Made by a program: the position numbers and the translations under genes
DNA from: Patescibacteria group bacterium
Lineage (GTDB): Bacteria; Patescibacteriota; UBA1384; XYA2-FULL-43-10; 1-14-0-10-43-13
NCBI GenBank assembly: GCA_041649155.1
Contig: JBAZNP010000001.1
Location: forward strand, 3,581-67,580
Length of the DNA: 64,000 nt
Direction: 5' to 3'
In this document: piece by piece, positions 1-8,949 of the stretch
Numbering within the stretch: the stretch's first letter is position 1
How the letters are laid out: the number at the start of each line of letters is the position of its first letter
Notes under the pieces: generated by a model
The model's database searches: none
What the model saw: only the letters and a program-made list of their open reading frames with translations
Told to the model about the DNA's origin: nothing

Positions 1-2113
1 TATAAGTTGCAGGATTTGACCTTGGTGATTTTCCGATCGGAGATTGATCAATATTAATGACTTTGTCAATTTCTTCTGTTCCTTCGATTCTTTCGTGCTT
101 GCCCGGTTCATCTTTTGCCCGATAAAACTTCTGAGCCAAAGATTTAGCTAAAATATCATTAACCAAACTAGATTTACCAGAACCGGAGACACCTGTTACA
201 CAGGTTAAAGTATTTAATGGAATTTTAGCATTAACATTCTTTAAATTATTTTCTTTTGCCCCGATAATGGAAATATATTTGCCAATGCCGGAATGTCTGA
301 CCTTCGGCACATCAATCTTTTTTGCGCCAGACAGATATTGCCCTGTGATAGATTCAGAATTTTTCATAACTTCTCTTGGTACCCCTTCTGCAATAACTTT
401 GCCGCCGTGCTCTCCGGCACCAGGACCAATATCAATTACCCAGTCTGCCGCCATTATCGTTTCTTCATCGTGCTCAACCACAATGACAGTATTGCCAATA
501 TCACGCAAATGCTTCAACGTCTTTAAAAGCCTTGAATTATCGCGCTGATGAAGCCCGATTGACGGCTCATCTAGAATATATAGAACACCCATTAATCCCG
601 ATCCGATCTGAGTAGCAAGACGTATTCTCTGTGCTTCACCGCCAGCCAACGTGACCGAGTTTCTGTTGATAGTCAAATACGGCAAACCAACATCCATCAA
701 AAATTCCAATCTCTGTCTTATTTCTTTGATGATTTGGGTTGCAATTTGCATCTGTTCCAAGTTCAATCTAGTCGGTAATGTCTTAAAAAATTCTAAAGCA
801 TTTTCGATTGTCATTTCAGAAATATCAACAATGTTTTTACTGTCAATTAAAATGCCTAGTACTTCTTTTTTCAATCTTCTTCCATCGCAAACCGGACACT
901 TTTTAATGACCATATATTTTTCAATTTCTTTACGAATGTAATCGGATTGTGTTTCTTTGTGTCTTCTTTCAAGGTTTGGTATTACGCCTTCATACTTTGC
1001 CTCATATCCCCTCACATTAAAAGTTTCTTCCTTTTTACCATATAGAATGATTTTTAAATCATCTTTTGAGAGTTTTGAAATGGGTTTATTTAAATCAATA
1101 TTATATTTTTCTGCCGCTGCTTCAAGAATTGAAAAATACCAAGTCGAATTAGCCGCACTTCTTACCCATGGTCTAATTGCTCCTTCATTTATTGTTAATT
1201 TGGAATTTGGCAATATCAGACAAGGATCAATTTCCTGTCTTATTCCAAGCCCCTGACAGGCAGAACATGCTCCATGTGGAGAATTGAACGAAAAAGAACG
1301 TGGCGCAACTTCCGGCATAGAAATACCGCAATCAGGGCAGGCAAATAGTTCAGAATATGGTGTTTCTTTGCTGGTCTCAAAGTCAAACAAAGTTATTTTA
1401 CCTTTTGAAAGTCCTAATCCCTTTTCGATCGATTCATATAAACGCTTTTTGTTTGACTCATCTATTGCATCGGGCTCCAAAATCAAACGATCGATAACCA
1501 CCTCAATAGAATGTTTTTTCTGCCTATCAAGGTCTTTGGATTCAGCCTCCTCTAGATCCATAATAATCCCGTCAACCCTAACCCTTGAATATCCGGCTTT
1601 CAGTATTTGTCCGAAGACATCTTTATGCTCACCTCTTTTATCGATAACCAAAGGAGATAAAATAGCAATCCTTTTGGTTGTTTTTATATTTTTTATAATT
1701 TGCTCAACGATTTGGCCAACCGTTTGTCTTGTTACGGGTTTTCCACATTGAGGACAGTGCATTACACCCGCTCTGGCAAAAAGAAGCCTTAAATAGTCAT
1801 AAATTTCGGTTACAGTACCAACTGTAGATCGCGGATTTCTAGATGCTGATTTTTGATCGATAGAAATTGCCGGCGAAAGTCCTTCTATATGGTCAACATC
1901 AGGTTTTTCCATAATTCCCAAAAATTGCCGGGCATAAGACGATAATGATTCAACATATCTTCTTTGTCCTTCAGCATAAATAGTATCAAAAGCCAGTGAG
2001 GACTTACCTGAACCTGAAAGTCCCGTAATCACGACTAATTTATCTCTTGGTATTTCAAGAGAGATATTTTTTAAATTATGCTCTCTTGCACCAGTAATTT
2101 TAATTGAATTCAT
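1..2113 (-). CDS. uvrA: Excinuclease ABC subunit A (UvrA), N-terminal ~700 codons; the 3' part runs off the window start
   Basis: Minus-strand ATG at 2113-2111. Its translation is [46 protein letters not shown]..., the UvrA Walker A and N-terminus. There is no stop inside the window, so it is absent from the ORF track. The short + strand ORFs at 267-1751 are shadows. Confidence 0.9.
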   Translation of the reverse strand, partial: MNSIKITGAREHNLKNISLEIPRDKLVVITGLSGSGKSSLAFDTIYAEGQRRYVESLSSYARQFLGIMEKPDVDHIEGLSPAISIDQKSASRNPRSTVGTVTEIYDYLRLLFARAGVMHCPQCGKPVTRQTVGQIVEQIIKNIKTTKRIAILSPLVIDKRGEHKDVFGQILKAGYSRVRVDGIIMDLEEAESKDLDRQKKHSIEVVIDRLILEPDAIDESNKKRLYESIEKGLGLSKGKITLFDFETSKETPYSELFACPDCGISMPEVAPRSFSFNSPHGACSACQGLGIRQEIDPCLILPNSKLTINEGAIRPWVRSAANSTWYFSILEAAAEKYNIDLNKPISKLSKDDLKIILYGKKEETFNVRGYEAKYEGVIPNLERRHKETQSDYIRKEIEKYMVIKKCPVCDGRRLKKEVLGILIDSKNIVDISEMTIENALEFFKTLPTRLNLEQMQIATQIIKEIRQRLEFLMDVGLPYLTINRNSVTLAGGEAQRIRLATQIGSGLMGVLYILDEPSIGLHQRDNSRLLKTLKHLRDIGNTVIVVEHDEETIMAADWVIDIGPGAGEHGGKVIAEGVPREVMKNSESITGQYLSGAKKIDVPKVRHSGIGKYISIIGAKENNLKNVNAKIPLNTLTCVTGVSGSGKSSLVNDILAKSLAQKFYRAKDEPGKHERIEGTEEIDKVINIDQSPIGKSPRSNPATY

Positions 2114-2206
2114 AAATAGTATGATAAAAAATTCAGTCAAAGAAAAACTTAGGAAAGTATACCACTTTGGCTTTTTTTTATCAACACATCGGAAGAAAAA
2201 TTCGAG

Positions 2207-2235
2207 TTGCAACCAGCTAGTCCTTTGGTTATAAT
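2207..2235 (+). promoter_or_regulatory. Sigma70-type promoter: TTGCAA, 17 nt spacer, TATAAT
   Basis: ttgcaa at 2207-2212, a 17 nt spacer, then tataat at 2230-2235. An aaggag RBS sits 8 nt before the ATG at 2266. Confidence 0.6.
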
Positions 2236-2265
2236 CTAATCAAGCTATTTAACTAAGGAGAAATT

Positions 2266-2697
2266 ATGGAGAACAATGTTGACACCATCATCGGTATTAA
2301 CGTTATTTTAAAAGGAAATTTGAGAAACAAGGGTTCAATTCAAATTAATGGTACAGTCGATGGCGAAGTGAAAAGTGATGAAAATATAAACATCGGAGAA
2401 ACCGCAAAGATTAATGGACCTGTGGTTGCTAAAACAATCGAAATATCCGGCGAAGTGAAAGGCTTAGTAGAGGCTACAGAACGGCTGGAAGTTAATCCAA
2501 CAGGTAAAGTGTTTGGTGATATAAATGCTAAGAGCCTCATTATAAAGCAGGGCGCTAAATTTATTGGTAAAAGCATTATGCCTAGTTCTGGCAATACTGA
2601 AGTAGCTAAAACTGAAATAAAACCAGAAGGAACCAAAAAGGAAATCTCTGTTGATGAAAAAGCCGAAGACAAATTCGGATTTTTTGGAAAAAAATAA
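2266..2697 (+). CDS. Bactofilin (polymer-forming cytoskeletal protein, DUF583/CcmA family)
   Basis: 143 aa with repetitive beta-helix-like strands (INGTVDGEV, INGPVVAKTIEISGEVKG, GDINAKSLIIKQGAKFIG) and a K/E-rich tail, typical of bactofilins. Confidence 0.7.
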   Translation: MENNVDTIIGINVILKGNLRNKGSIQINGTVDGEVKSDENINIGETAKINGPVVAKTIEISGEVKGLVEATERLEVNPTGKVFGDINAKSLIIKQGAKFIGKSIMPSSGNTEVAKTEIKPEGTKKEISVDEKAEDKFGFFGKK

Positions 2698-2752
2698 TTA
2701 TTAGTTGTCAGTTGTCGGTAAATCAGTTATCAGTCTTTTGTTTTAATAAGAC

Positions 2753-2780
2753 TGTGAGCTGTGAACTGTGAACTGTGAAC
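2753..2780 (+). repeat. Tandem heptamer repeat ctgtgaa x3 (with ctgtgag)
   Basis: ctgtgagctgtgaactgtgaactgtgaac lies directly upstream of the 2768/2791 start. Related agttgtcagttgtc repeats occur at 2705 and 8271. Confidence 0.8.
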
Positions 2781-3565
2781 TTGACGACGCCATGTATTAT
2801 TACATATTCGATATAAAAAAATTTGCAAAAAGCTCACAGGTTGAAAACCTCAAAAACTATCTTGGCGGTCTTGGCATTTCTGGAGAATTTACATATCCTA
2901 CTCCGGCTCAAAATGTTGAAGAGTTGGTTGATCTTGGGCTAAGCAAACAATATACTACCATTGTCGCAATTGGCGGAGACGAGCTTGCCAATATAGTTGC
3001 GGGCAAATTAGTCGGCAGAAAAGAAGCTATGGGTTTTATACCGATAGATGCTTCTCCATCTCTTTGTCAACTAATCGGTAGCAATAGTTGGAAAGAAGCT
3101 TGTGACATCTTAAGGTTCAGAAAACTGAACGAAATAAGAATTGGAAAGACAGCATCACAAAAATATTTTCTAACCCACGTAGATTTGCAAATTAAAAATC
3201 CTACTGAAATCACTCTTGAACTTAAAGATTTTATTATTCAAACCACAGCAACAAGCCTGATGATTTCTAACTTTAATCCCTCAATTAAAAAAATAGGCGA
3301 TGATTTTTTGGATATTGTAATGACTAGCACTCATCCAACAAGTTCAATTTTATCTAAAATTAATATTTTTCGGGGCAAAAAAAGAGAAGATGAACTTGCA
3401 AATTCACTCTTAAGAGCAAGATCCTTGCGAATTTTTACGAAAAATCAAATTCCTATCAGCGCAAGTAATTATACTTTAGCAAAATCACCTCAATTAATAG
3501 AAAGTACCGACGAGTATTTACGCTTAATTACGACCAAAAAAGCAGAAATTTCTCCGGAAAAGTGA
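2768..3565 (+). CDS. Diacylglycerol kinase / NAD kinase-like lipid kinase (DAGK_cat-like); the true start is probably the ATG at 2791
   Basis: VAIGGDELANIVAGKL resembles the GGDG(T) motif of the DAGK/NAD-kinase catalytic fold. The protein is 265 aa. Confidence 0.4.
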   Translation: MNCELDDAMYYYIFDIKKFAKSSQVENLKNYLGGLGISGEFTYPTPAQNVEELVDLGLSKQYTTIVAIGGDELANIVAGKLVGRKEAMGFIPIDASPSLCQLIGSNSWKEACDILRFRKLNEIRIGKTASQKYFLTHVDLQIKNPTEITLELKDFIIQTTATSLMISNFNPSIKKIGDDFLDIVMTSTHPTSSILSKINIFRGKKREDELANSLLRARSLRIFTKNQIPISASNYTLAKSPQLIESTDEYLRLITTKKAEISPEK

Positions 3566-3689
3566 TACGGTTGCTCCTTACTCATGTAGCCCACACTTCA
3601 GCGTGTTTTCGCCCCAAACAGGCTAAAGCCTGATCTACAAATAATGGAGGACTAGCAGTGGATACCCATAAAATAATTCACTGAGTCTT

Positions 3690-4442
3690 ATGAAAAAAAA
3701 TATTATTACGCTCCTAATAGTAATTCTCCTCATAACTTCTGCACTCCTGATCTATAAAAATCGATCTAAAATTAAAAATGAGGTTAATCTCGAAAAAAGC
3801 GAGGTTATTTTATCGGAACCGGAAACAAAAAATACGAATGAAAACTCAGATCAAACCAAAACAGCAACAGAACAATCATTGCCTGATTCAGCGATTATCA
3901 AAATGCCTTTCCTAGTTCAGGCACCATTTGCAAATTGGGATCCCACGCATGAAGACGCCTGTGAAGAAGCAAGTTTAATTATGGTTTATCACCACATAAA
4001 TAAAACCAACATCTCCGGACAAGATCAGGGTGAAAAAGAAATTCTAGACTTAGTTAATTACGAAGGTCAGAATGGCTACGGATTAAGTATAACGTTAGAA
4101 CAGCTAGCAAATATTTCAAAGTCTTATTTTGGTTTAAAAAACCCGAGAATTGTAGAGGACGTAACAATAGAAAATATTAAAGCGGAAATTGCCGATGGAA
4201 AATCTGTGATCATACCGGCAGCAGGTAAAATATTGCCAAATCCCAATTTTAAAAATGGCGGACCAAATTATCACATGCTGGTCGTTAAAGGCTACGGCGA
4301 CGGCTATTTTATCACCAACGATCCAGGCACAAAAAACGGTGAAGGCTTTAAATATAAATATGAAGACCTAATCAATGCAATTCACAATTGGAATGCGGAT
4401 AATATTTTAAACGGAGAAAAAGCCTATTTAGTCTTTGACTAA
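3690..4442 (+). CDS. Membrane-anchored papain-like (C39-like) cysteine peptidase domain protein
   Basis: N-terminal TM anchor. A Cys-containing DACEEASLIMVYH segment and a downstream His in NYHMLVVKGYGDGYFITNDPG give the Cys...His arrangement of Peptidase_C39_2-like proteins. Confidence 0.4.
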   Translation: MKKNIITLLIVILLITSALLIYKNRSKIKNEVNLEKSEVILSEPETKNTNENSDQTKTATEQSLPDSAIIKMPFLVQAPFANWDPTHEDACEEASLIMVYHHINKTNISGQDQGEKEILDLVNYEGQNGYGLSITLEQLANISKSYFGLKNPRIVEDVTIENIKAEIADGKSVIIPAAGKILPNPNFKNGGPNYHMLVVKGYGDGYFITNDPGTKNGEGFKYKYEDLINAIHNWNADNILNGEKAYLVFD

Positions 4443-5519
4443 TTATTCATTAAGCCAAAACCAGAATTGATTTTTAAGCTCCTCTTGTAATTCGTGGGTA
4501 CTGGCGTGTGATAAGGCGCCAAGATACGAATTTAATGATTGGTCAAGCACATTCCTACTAATTAACCCTGCTTTAAATTCAGCTACTCTTTTTCTTAATT
4601 TCGCGAAGATTCTTCTTTTAGTTTTGGTTCTTAAAAGCCTATGATTAGGAAAAACCACATAGCCTAGAAAGTCAATCCCTTGCCTGATTTTTCGAATTGA
4701 AACTTTGTTTGGATGAAGTTTTAATTTTAAATTTATTTCTAGAAAGAATTGGATTTCAGGGATTAAACTTTCGAGATAAGCATGATCATTTGAGACGATT
4801 ACAAAGTCATCGGTATATCTGGCATAATGTCTGATTTTTAGTTTGTGTTTAATAAACTGATCAAACTCGTTCATATAAATATTGGCAAAAAGCTGGCTAG
4901 TTAAATTTCCGATTGGCAGTCCAGCAGAATTGCTCTCTCTCTCTCTCTCGAATAGCCCCAGCTGCAGAGGAACAGTTTTGCTATAACTGCCGATAATCCC
5001 ACTGAGCAGCCTCATTGTATTTTGATCAGATATTCTTTTTTGAATTATGTTTAATAAAATTTCATGGTCAATCGAGTCAAAAAACTTTTTAATATCGCAC
5101 TTCAAAACATAACAAGGCCCTGTATTATTCTTGCTTACTTGTCGAATAAACTTTGCTAAGCAATCTACGCCCTTATGATTTCCTTTACTAATTCGGCAGG
5201 AAAATGAACTTGAGATGAAAGTCGGCTCGAATATGGGATTGAAAACTCTAAAAATAGCATGGTGGAGCACCCTATCGACAACCGTTGCTTTGTGAATTTC
5301 TCTTAGTTTCGGATCGGTGATAAAGAACGAATAGTAGACACCGTGTTTGTAAGTGTGATACTTTAGATTTCGGTGAAGCTCTAAAGTATTCTCTTCCAGA
5401 TTCCACTCAAATTCCAAAACATCCTTTTTCTTCAGCTTTCCCTTTTTAAATTCATCCCAAGCCAAAAATAGATTGTCGAGAGAAATAATTTGTTCAAAAA
5501 TATTAGTATAAAATTTCAT
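4443..5519 (-). CDS. Diversity-generating retroelement reverse transcriptase
   Basis: 358 aa with RT motifs, including the YTDDFVIV (YxDD) box and an LPIGNLTSQLFANIYMNEFD palm region. The size fits DGR RTs, and it is adjacent to Avd and TR. Confidence 0.9.
   Translation of the reverse strand: MKFYTNIFEQIISLDNLFLAWDEFKKGKLKKKDVLEFEWNLEENTLELHRNLKYHTYKHGVYYSFFITDPKLREIHKATVVDRVLHHAIFRVFNPIFEPTFISSSFSCRISKGNHKGVDCLAKFIRQVSKNNTGPCYVLKCDIKKFFDSIDHEILLNIIQKRISDQNTMRLLSGIIGSYSKTVPLQLGLFERERESNSAGLPIGNLTSQLFANIYMNEFDQFIKHKLKIRHYARYTDDFVIVSNDHAYLESLIPEIQFFLEINLKLKLHPNKVSIRKIRQGIDFLGYVVFPNHRLLRTKTKRRIFAKLRKRVAEFKAGLISRNVLDQSLNSYLGALSHASTHELQEELKNQFWFWLNE
4933..4949. repeat. (CT)8 / (GA)8 dinucleotide microsatellite inside the RT coding sequence
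   Basis: tgctctctctctctctctcg on the + strand encodes ERERES on the minus strand. Confidence 0.9.
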
Positions 5520-5527
5520 ATTCTCTC

Positions 5528-5562
5528 GTCATTCCGGACTTGATCCGGAATCTATATAAATA
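5528..5562 (+). repeat. Palindromic MITE-like element, family Q (gtcattccggacttgatccggaatctatataaata)
   Basis: Near-identical copy at 8520-8554, with a compensatory G:C versus A:T pair in the stem. It lies in the divergent RT/avd promoter region. Confidence 0.8.
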
Positions 5563-5579
5563 ATTATGAAGGACAACTC

Positions 5580-5927
5580 ATGCAAGAATTTGACATCCCG
5601 ATTTTTAAGAAAACTTATGATTTCTACAAAAATTTCCATTTACTTAGAGCTAAGATATCAAAGCAGGATCGTTACACTGTTTTTCAAAGGTGTGAAAATG
5701 TCATACTCGATTTGTTGGAAAGAATTTTAGAAGCAAGCCAATTAAGCAAGGCACAGAAACTGCCTGTGCTTGAAAAAGCCAGCTTAAAATTGAACTTTCT
5801 TAGAGTATTTTTGCGACTAATGAAAGATATAAAATCGATTGATCTAAAAATCTACGCTGGTTTTGAGCAGAATGTCGACGAAATCGGAAGAATGCTCGGC
5901 GGTTGGATTAAATCTACTAAAGAATAA
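5580..5927 (+). CDS. avd: DGR accessory variability determinant (Avd, four-helix-bundle protein)
   Basis: 115 aa. The C-terminus EIGRMLGGWIKSTKE matches the Bordetella phage bAvd C-terminus EVGRILGSWIARVNRK. LNFLRVFLRLMKDIK parallels LAMLRFWLRFLAGIQ. Confidence 0.85.
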   Translation: MQEFDIPIFKKTYDFYKNFHLLRAKISKQDRYTVFQRCENVILDLLERILEASQLSKAQKLPVLEKASLKLNFLRVFLRLMKDIKSIDLKIYAGFEQNVDEIGRMLGGWIKSTKE

Positions 5928-6033
5928 GTTCGCTTCGCTTCTTTTTACGCACTGATTTTTGACTAATATATCTTGTAATAAAAGAGGAAGCGCTCATTTT
6001 CACAAGCATTCCCTCTTCGCTCAGGAGAGACTT

Positions 6034-6166
6034 CGGGAGGAAGCCAGAGGCAGACCCATAGTTGTCGTTCGTATTGTCAACCCTGTTGGTGTCGAACTTG
6101 ACCTTGTCGTCGTTGAAGTTGAAGTACGGAGCCTTGTCGAACTCACCATCGGCCTCAGAATCTTTG
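6034..6166 (-). other. DGR template repeat (TR)
   Basis: 133 bp that align without gaps to 6609-6741. All 21 mismatches are T on the + strand here (A on the minus, coding strand) against C or A in the other copy. In frame it encodes N-rich AAC codons (NFNDDKVKFDTNRVDNTNDNY). Confidence 0.9.
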
Positions 6167-6469
6167 CTTTTGTCCATCTATATTCACTGGAAATTGAGCT
6201 TTACTTCCACTTAGCGCAGACTATATGCTCTCTTCCCTGTATTTCATTTGGCAGCAGCTCGATATGTATTCACCGAACATCCGCACCAGACAAAAACAAG
6301 CAGTATCTCCTCAACCAGGTGCACTCTTAGAAACCTTGGTCGCTAAGATTCTGACCTTTCTATTGATTTGAGATTTCGGCGGCAGCAATCCCTGCCTACC
6401 GGCAGGCAAGCGTAAACTACTACACATTAGCCTATTTTCATCGAAAGTATACACTAGCACAGCTTAATA

Positions 6470-6520
6470 TTGCAAAAAAAATGTAAAGAAAACAGGCTAT
6501 TCGTATGGTGGCGAATAGCC
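6470..6520 (-). terminator. Putative rho-independent terminator of the DGR target gene
   Basis: 9 bp stem ggctattcg/cgaatagcc with an 8 nt loop. On the minus strand it is followed by the U-rich run tgttttctttacattttttttg. Confidence 0.45.
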
Positions 6521-6532
6521 TGCGCGTAGCGA

Positions 6533-6545
6533 CCGCCTTCGGCGG
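6533..6545 (-). other. GC hairpin downstream of VR (candidate DGR homing hairpin)
   Basis: ccgcc ttc ggcgg lies 64 nt 3' of the VR/IMH end. DGRs commonly need a GC stem-loop in this position. Confidence 0.4.
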
Positions 6546-6602
6546 ACAGGATCAAGTGGCAAAGAGCCAAAAGATCCAAGGGATCTAAGAAACAAGGAAC
6601 AA

Positions 6603-7508
6603 CTACTGCGGGAGGAAGCCAGAGGCAGACCCACAGCTGCCGCTCGCAATGCCAACCCTGTCGGTGTCGAACCCGACCCTGACGCCGTCGAAGCCGAAGT
6701 ACGGAGCCTCGTCGAACCCACCAACGGCCCCAGAATCTTTGAACTCATCTCCTGCCATGTCAGCGTGGAGCTGCTCCCAGCGAATGAATCGCTCAGGGTG
6801 AGTCAGCATGATGGCGCCAAACGCGACGCTTCCGAGTCCGAACTCGTTGGTCACGAAGACCTCGCGAGCCCTTCGTACAGATCTGCCACGATGGCGCATG
6901 CCGAGCTGGGCAGCGATAATCAGAATATCGCCTTTCTGTGTCTCGGCGATCTTCTCAAGTGCTTGCGCGGTACGGGCGAGAAGCCTCAGTTGAGCCGGTG
7001 TAATCTGCCCATCACGATAGTTGTAGAACGATCGCATCTCTGCGATCTTGACATGGATGAGCTGGATTGCTCTGCAGTACTTCTCGTCCCGGTCAGTGAC
7101 CTCGGGGAAGTGCTTCAGCGCTATGGCCTCGACAGCGGGGACAGCGAACCATCCTTCTGCTCCCTTAGGGAGCTCGGGCAGGTTCTTCGCGTTCAGGAAC
7201 GCCTCAGTCGGGTCAAGTTCGAAGATCTTGGCGATTGCCGCGATCTGTTCCTCAATTGGCTTCGGTCCCTTATACTCCGGCGGGTAGACGTAGCTGGACG
7301 CCACTTCCTCGTTGGCGAACTGGTTAGTGGCAGAATGCTTCTCGATGGCTTTTCTTATGTCATCTTGAAGTGCGCCACCATTCTCGTTAAGACGCTGTGC
7401 TCGATCCTCGTCGAGCTGAGCCTGGTTGTAGACAGCCTCAAAGAGGCCAGTTGCGTGGAGACCTTTCGGGTCTCTGGACGTGATCAATGCTTTCTGCATC
7501 GTCATCAT
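6603..7508 (-). CDS. DGR variable target protein, with VR at the C-terminus; the ORF is open back to 7565 but an RBS supports a start at 7508
   Basis: ggagga RBS followed by ATGATGACGATG at 7508. The C-terminus is ...FDEAPYFGFDGVRVGFDTDRVGIASGSCGSASGFLPQ. The gene is conspicuously GC-rich compared with its neighbours. Confidence 0.8.
   Translation of the reverse strand: MMTMQKALITSRDPKGLHATGLFEAVYNQAQLDEDRAQRLNENGGALQDDIRKAIEKHSATNQFANEEVASSYVYPPEYKGPKPIEEQIAAIAKIFELDPTEAFLNAKNLPELPKGAEGWFAVPAVEAIALKHFPEVTDRDEKYCRAIQLIHVKIAEMRSFYNYRDGQITPAQLRLLARTAQALEKIAETQKGDILIIAAQLGMRHRGRSVRRAREVFVTNEFGLGSVAFGAIMLTHPERFIRWEQLHADMAGDEFKDSGAVGGFDEAPYFGFDGVRVGFDTDRVGIASGSCGSASGFLPQ
6609..6741 (-). other. 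DGR variable repeat (VR), including the IMH at its 3' end
   Basis: Counterpart of the TR. The 25 bp stretch cgggaggaagccagaggcagaccca (6609-6633) is identical in TR and contains no A on the coding strand, which is IMH-like. Confidence 0.9.
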
Positions 7509-7534
7509 CCTCCTTGTGTATAGGATTTGCCGTT

Positions 7535-7595
7535 CCTTGTGTGGAACAAGCACTCTATTGACCATATTTTGATCAACAAGGTGCTTGTTCCAAGG
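7535..7595. promoter_or_regulatory. Inverted repeat (ggaacaagcac ... gtgcttgttcc) in the promoter region of the DGR target gene; candidate operator
   Basis: 11 bp perfect arms (7543-7553 and 7581-7591) with ccttg/caagg extensions and a 27 nt spacer, 35-87 nt upstream of the start at 7508. Confidence 0.4.
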
Positions 7596-7723
7596 TAATT
7601 TTAAAGTTCAATTTACGTTTAATATTATATCATAAAGTGAAAAATAAATCAAGTGGTTGACCAAAGTAACGTTTTGTGATATTTTAATAAGCGTAAAAAT
7701 AAAAAGTTTTCAAGGAGTTAAGA

Positions 7724-8247
7724 TTAGTAAAAACGATAGATTTCTTCGAGCAAACGAGCAAATCAGGTTCTCGCCTCTCATGATTATTGATGAAAATGGT
7801 GAGAAAATGGGAGAAATGTCTCGATTAGATGCCTTAGCCAAAGCCCGCGAAATGGGCCTTGATTTAGTTGAAATAAATCCGACTGCCCGTCCCCCAATTT
7901 GCAAAATCATGGATTTTGGCAGATTTAAATATGATCAGTCTAAAAAGCTGAAGGAAAGTCGAGCAAAGCAAAAAGAAGTTGAGCTCAAAGAAATCAGACT
8001 TACTTTCAAAATCGGTGATCACGACATAGAATATAAGGCAAAAAACGCTAGCGATTTTTTCACACAAGGCAATAAAGTCAAGGTATCAATGAGACTAAGA
8101 GGACGCGAAAATGCTTTTGTGGAAAATGCAATGGAAGTATTTAGAAAATTTGCAGACAAAGCAGGGCTGGATTACGAACACAGGCCGATTAAATCAGGTA
8201 ATCAAATAACAGCAATGCTAGCAGAAAAGAAAAAAGAGAGAGAATAA
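7724..8247 (+). CDS. infC: Translation initiation factor IF-3; probable AUU start at 7724 (ORF open from 7657)
   Basis: RFSPLMIIDENGEKMGEMSRLDALAKAREMGLDLVEI..., the IF-3 N- and C-domains. An aaggagt RBS precedes ATT at 7724. It heads an infC-rpmI-rplT operon. Confidence 0.85.
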
Positions 8248-8334
8248 TAAATAAATTAATAATTAGTAAATCAGTTGTCAGTAAATCAGTAATAATACTT
8301 ACGACTTATTCACTTACAACTTACAACTATAATC

Positions 8335-8517
8335 ATGAAACTAAAAACACACAAAGCAACTGTAAAAAGAGTTAAAAGAACACCTGCTGGTAAGCTTCTT
8401 CGAGTGAAAGCTGCAAAAAGCCATCTTTTATCACATAAATCAGACAGAACAAAAATTTCATTGACATTAAGCAAGGCTGATAACGGTAAAGTAAAGAAAT
8501 TAGCCCCATACTTATAA
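8335..8517 (+). CDS. rpmI: 50S ribosomal protein L35
   Basis: MKLKTHKATVKRVKRTPAGKLLRVKAAKSHLL... A 60 aa basic protein in the infC operon. Confidence 0.85.
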   Translation: MKLKTHKATVKRVKRTPAGKLLRVKAAKSHLLSHKSDRTKISLTLSKADNGKVKKLAPYL

Positions 8518-8519
8518 AT

Positions 8520-8586
8520 GTCATTCCAGACTTGATCTGGAATCTATATAAATAGTAGCTGGATCCCGTATCAAGTACGGGATGAC
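8520..8586 (+). repeat. Composite palindromic MITE-like element (modules Q and P, gtcat...atgac termini) in the rpmI-rplT intergenic spacer
   Basis: gtcattccagacttgatctggaatctatataaatagtagctggatcccgtatcaagtacgggatgac holds two hairpins whose loops, cttga and tcaag, are reverse complements. Confidence 0.8.
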
Positions 8587-8607
8587 AACCAATAAAGTGG
8601 AGACACA

Positions 8608-8949
8608 ATGAGAGTTAAAACAGGCGTAGTCAGAAGAGCTAAGCATAAAAATATATTAAAAAAAGCAAAAGGCTATATCGGACGAAGAAAATCCGTTTTT
8701 AAACTTGCAAAACAAGCTGTAATTAAAGCCGGTCAATATGCTTACCGTGACAGAAGAAACAAGAAAAGAGATTTTCGCTCTCTTTGGATCGTGAAGATTA
8801 ATGCTGCTGTCAGAGAATTTGGCATGAGCTATTCAGAGTTCATTAAAAAACTGTCTGATGCTCAAATACAGATCAACAGAAAAATATTGGCTGACTTAGC
8901 CCAAAACGAACCAGAGACATTTAAAGCGATTGTAGAAAAATTAAAATAG
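8608..8949 (+). CDS. rplT: 50S ribosomal protein L20
   Basis: [61 protein letters not shown]... Confidence 0.9.
   Translation: MRVKTGVVRRAKHKNILKKAKGYIGRRKSVFKLAKQAVIKAGQYAYRDRRNKKRDFRSLWIVKINAAVREFGMSYSEFIKKLSDAQIQINRKILADLAQNEPETFKAIVEKLK

Noticed and set aside
267-1751. Plus-strand ORFs of 93-155 aa overlapping the first 2 kb
   Set aside because: They are shadow ORFs of the minus-strand uvrA gene, which translates convincingly from the ATG at 2113 and simply lacks a stop inside the window.
5917-6330. ORFs 5917-6177 (minus) and 5959-6330 (plus) covering the DGR template region
   Set aside because: The 5917-6177 minus-strand ORF is just the TR read in the VR frame (N-rich AAC codons). TR acts as an RNA template, not a protein gene. 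The plus-strand ORF is a shadow.
6497-7523. ORFs 6497-6748 (minus), 6765-7523 (plus), 6808-6993 and 7048-7287 inside the DGR target gene
   Set aside because: GC-rich DNA yields long spurious ORFs. Only the 6603-7508 minus-strand frame carries the VR in frame, an RBS, and the TR-adenine/AAC logic.
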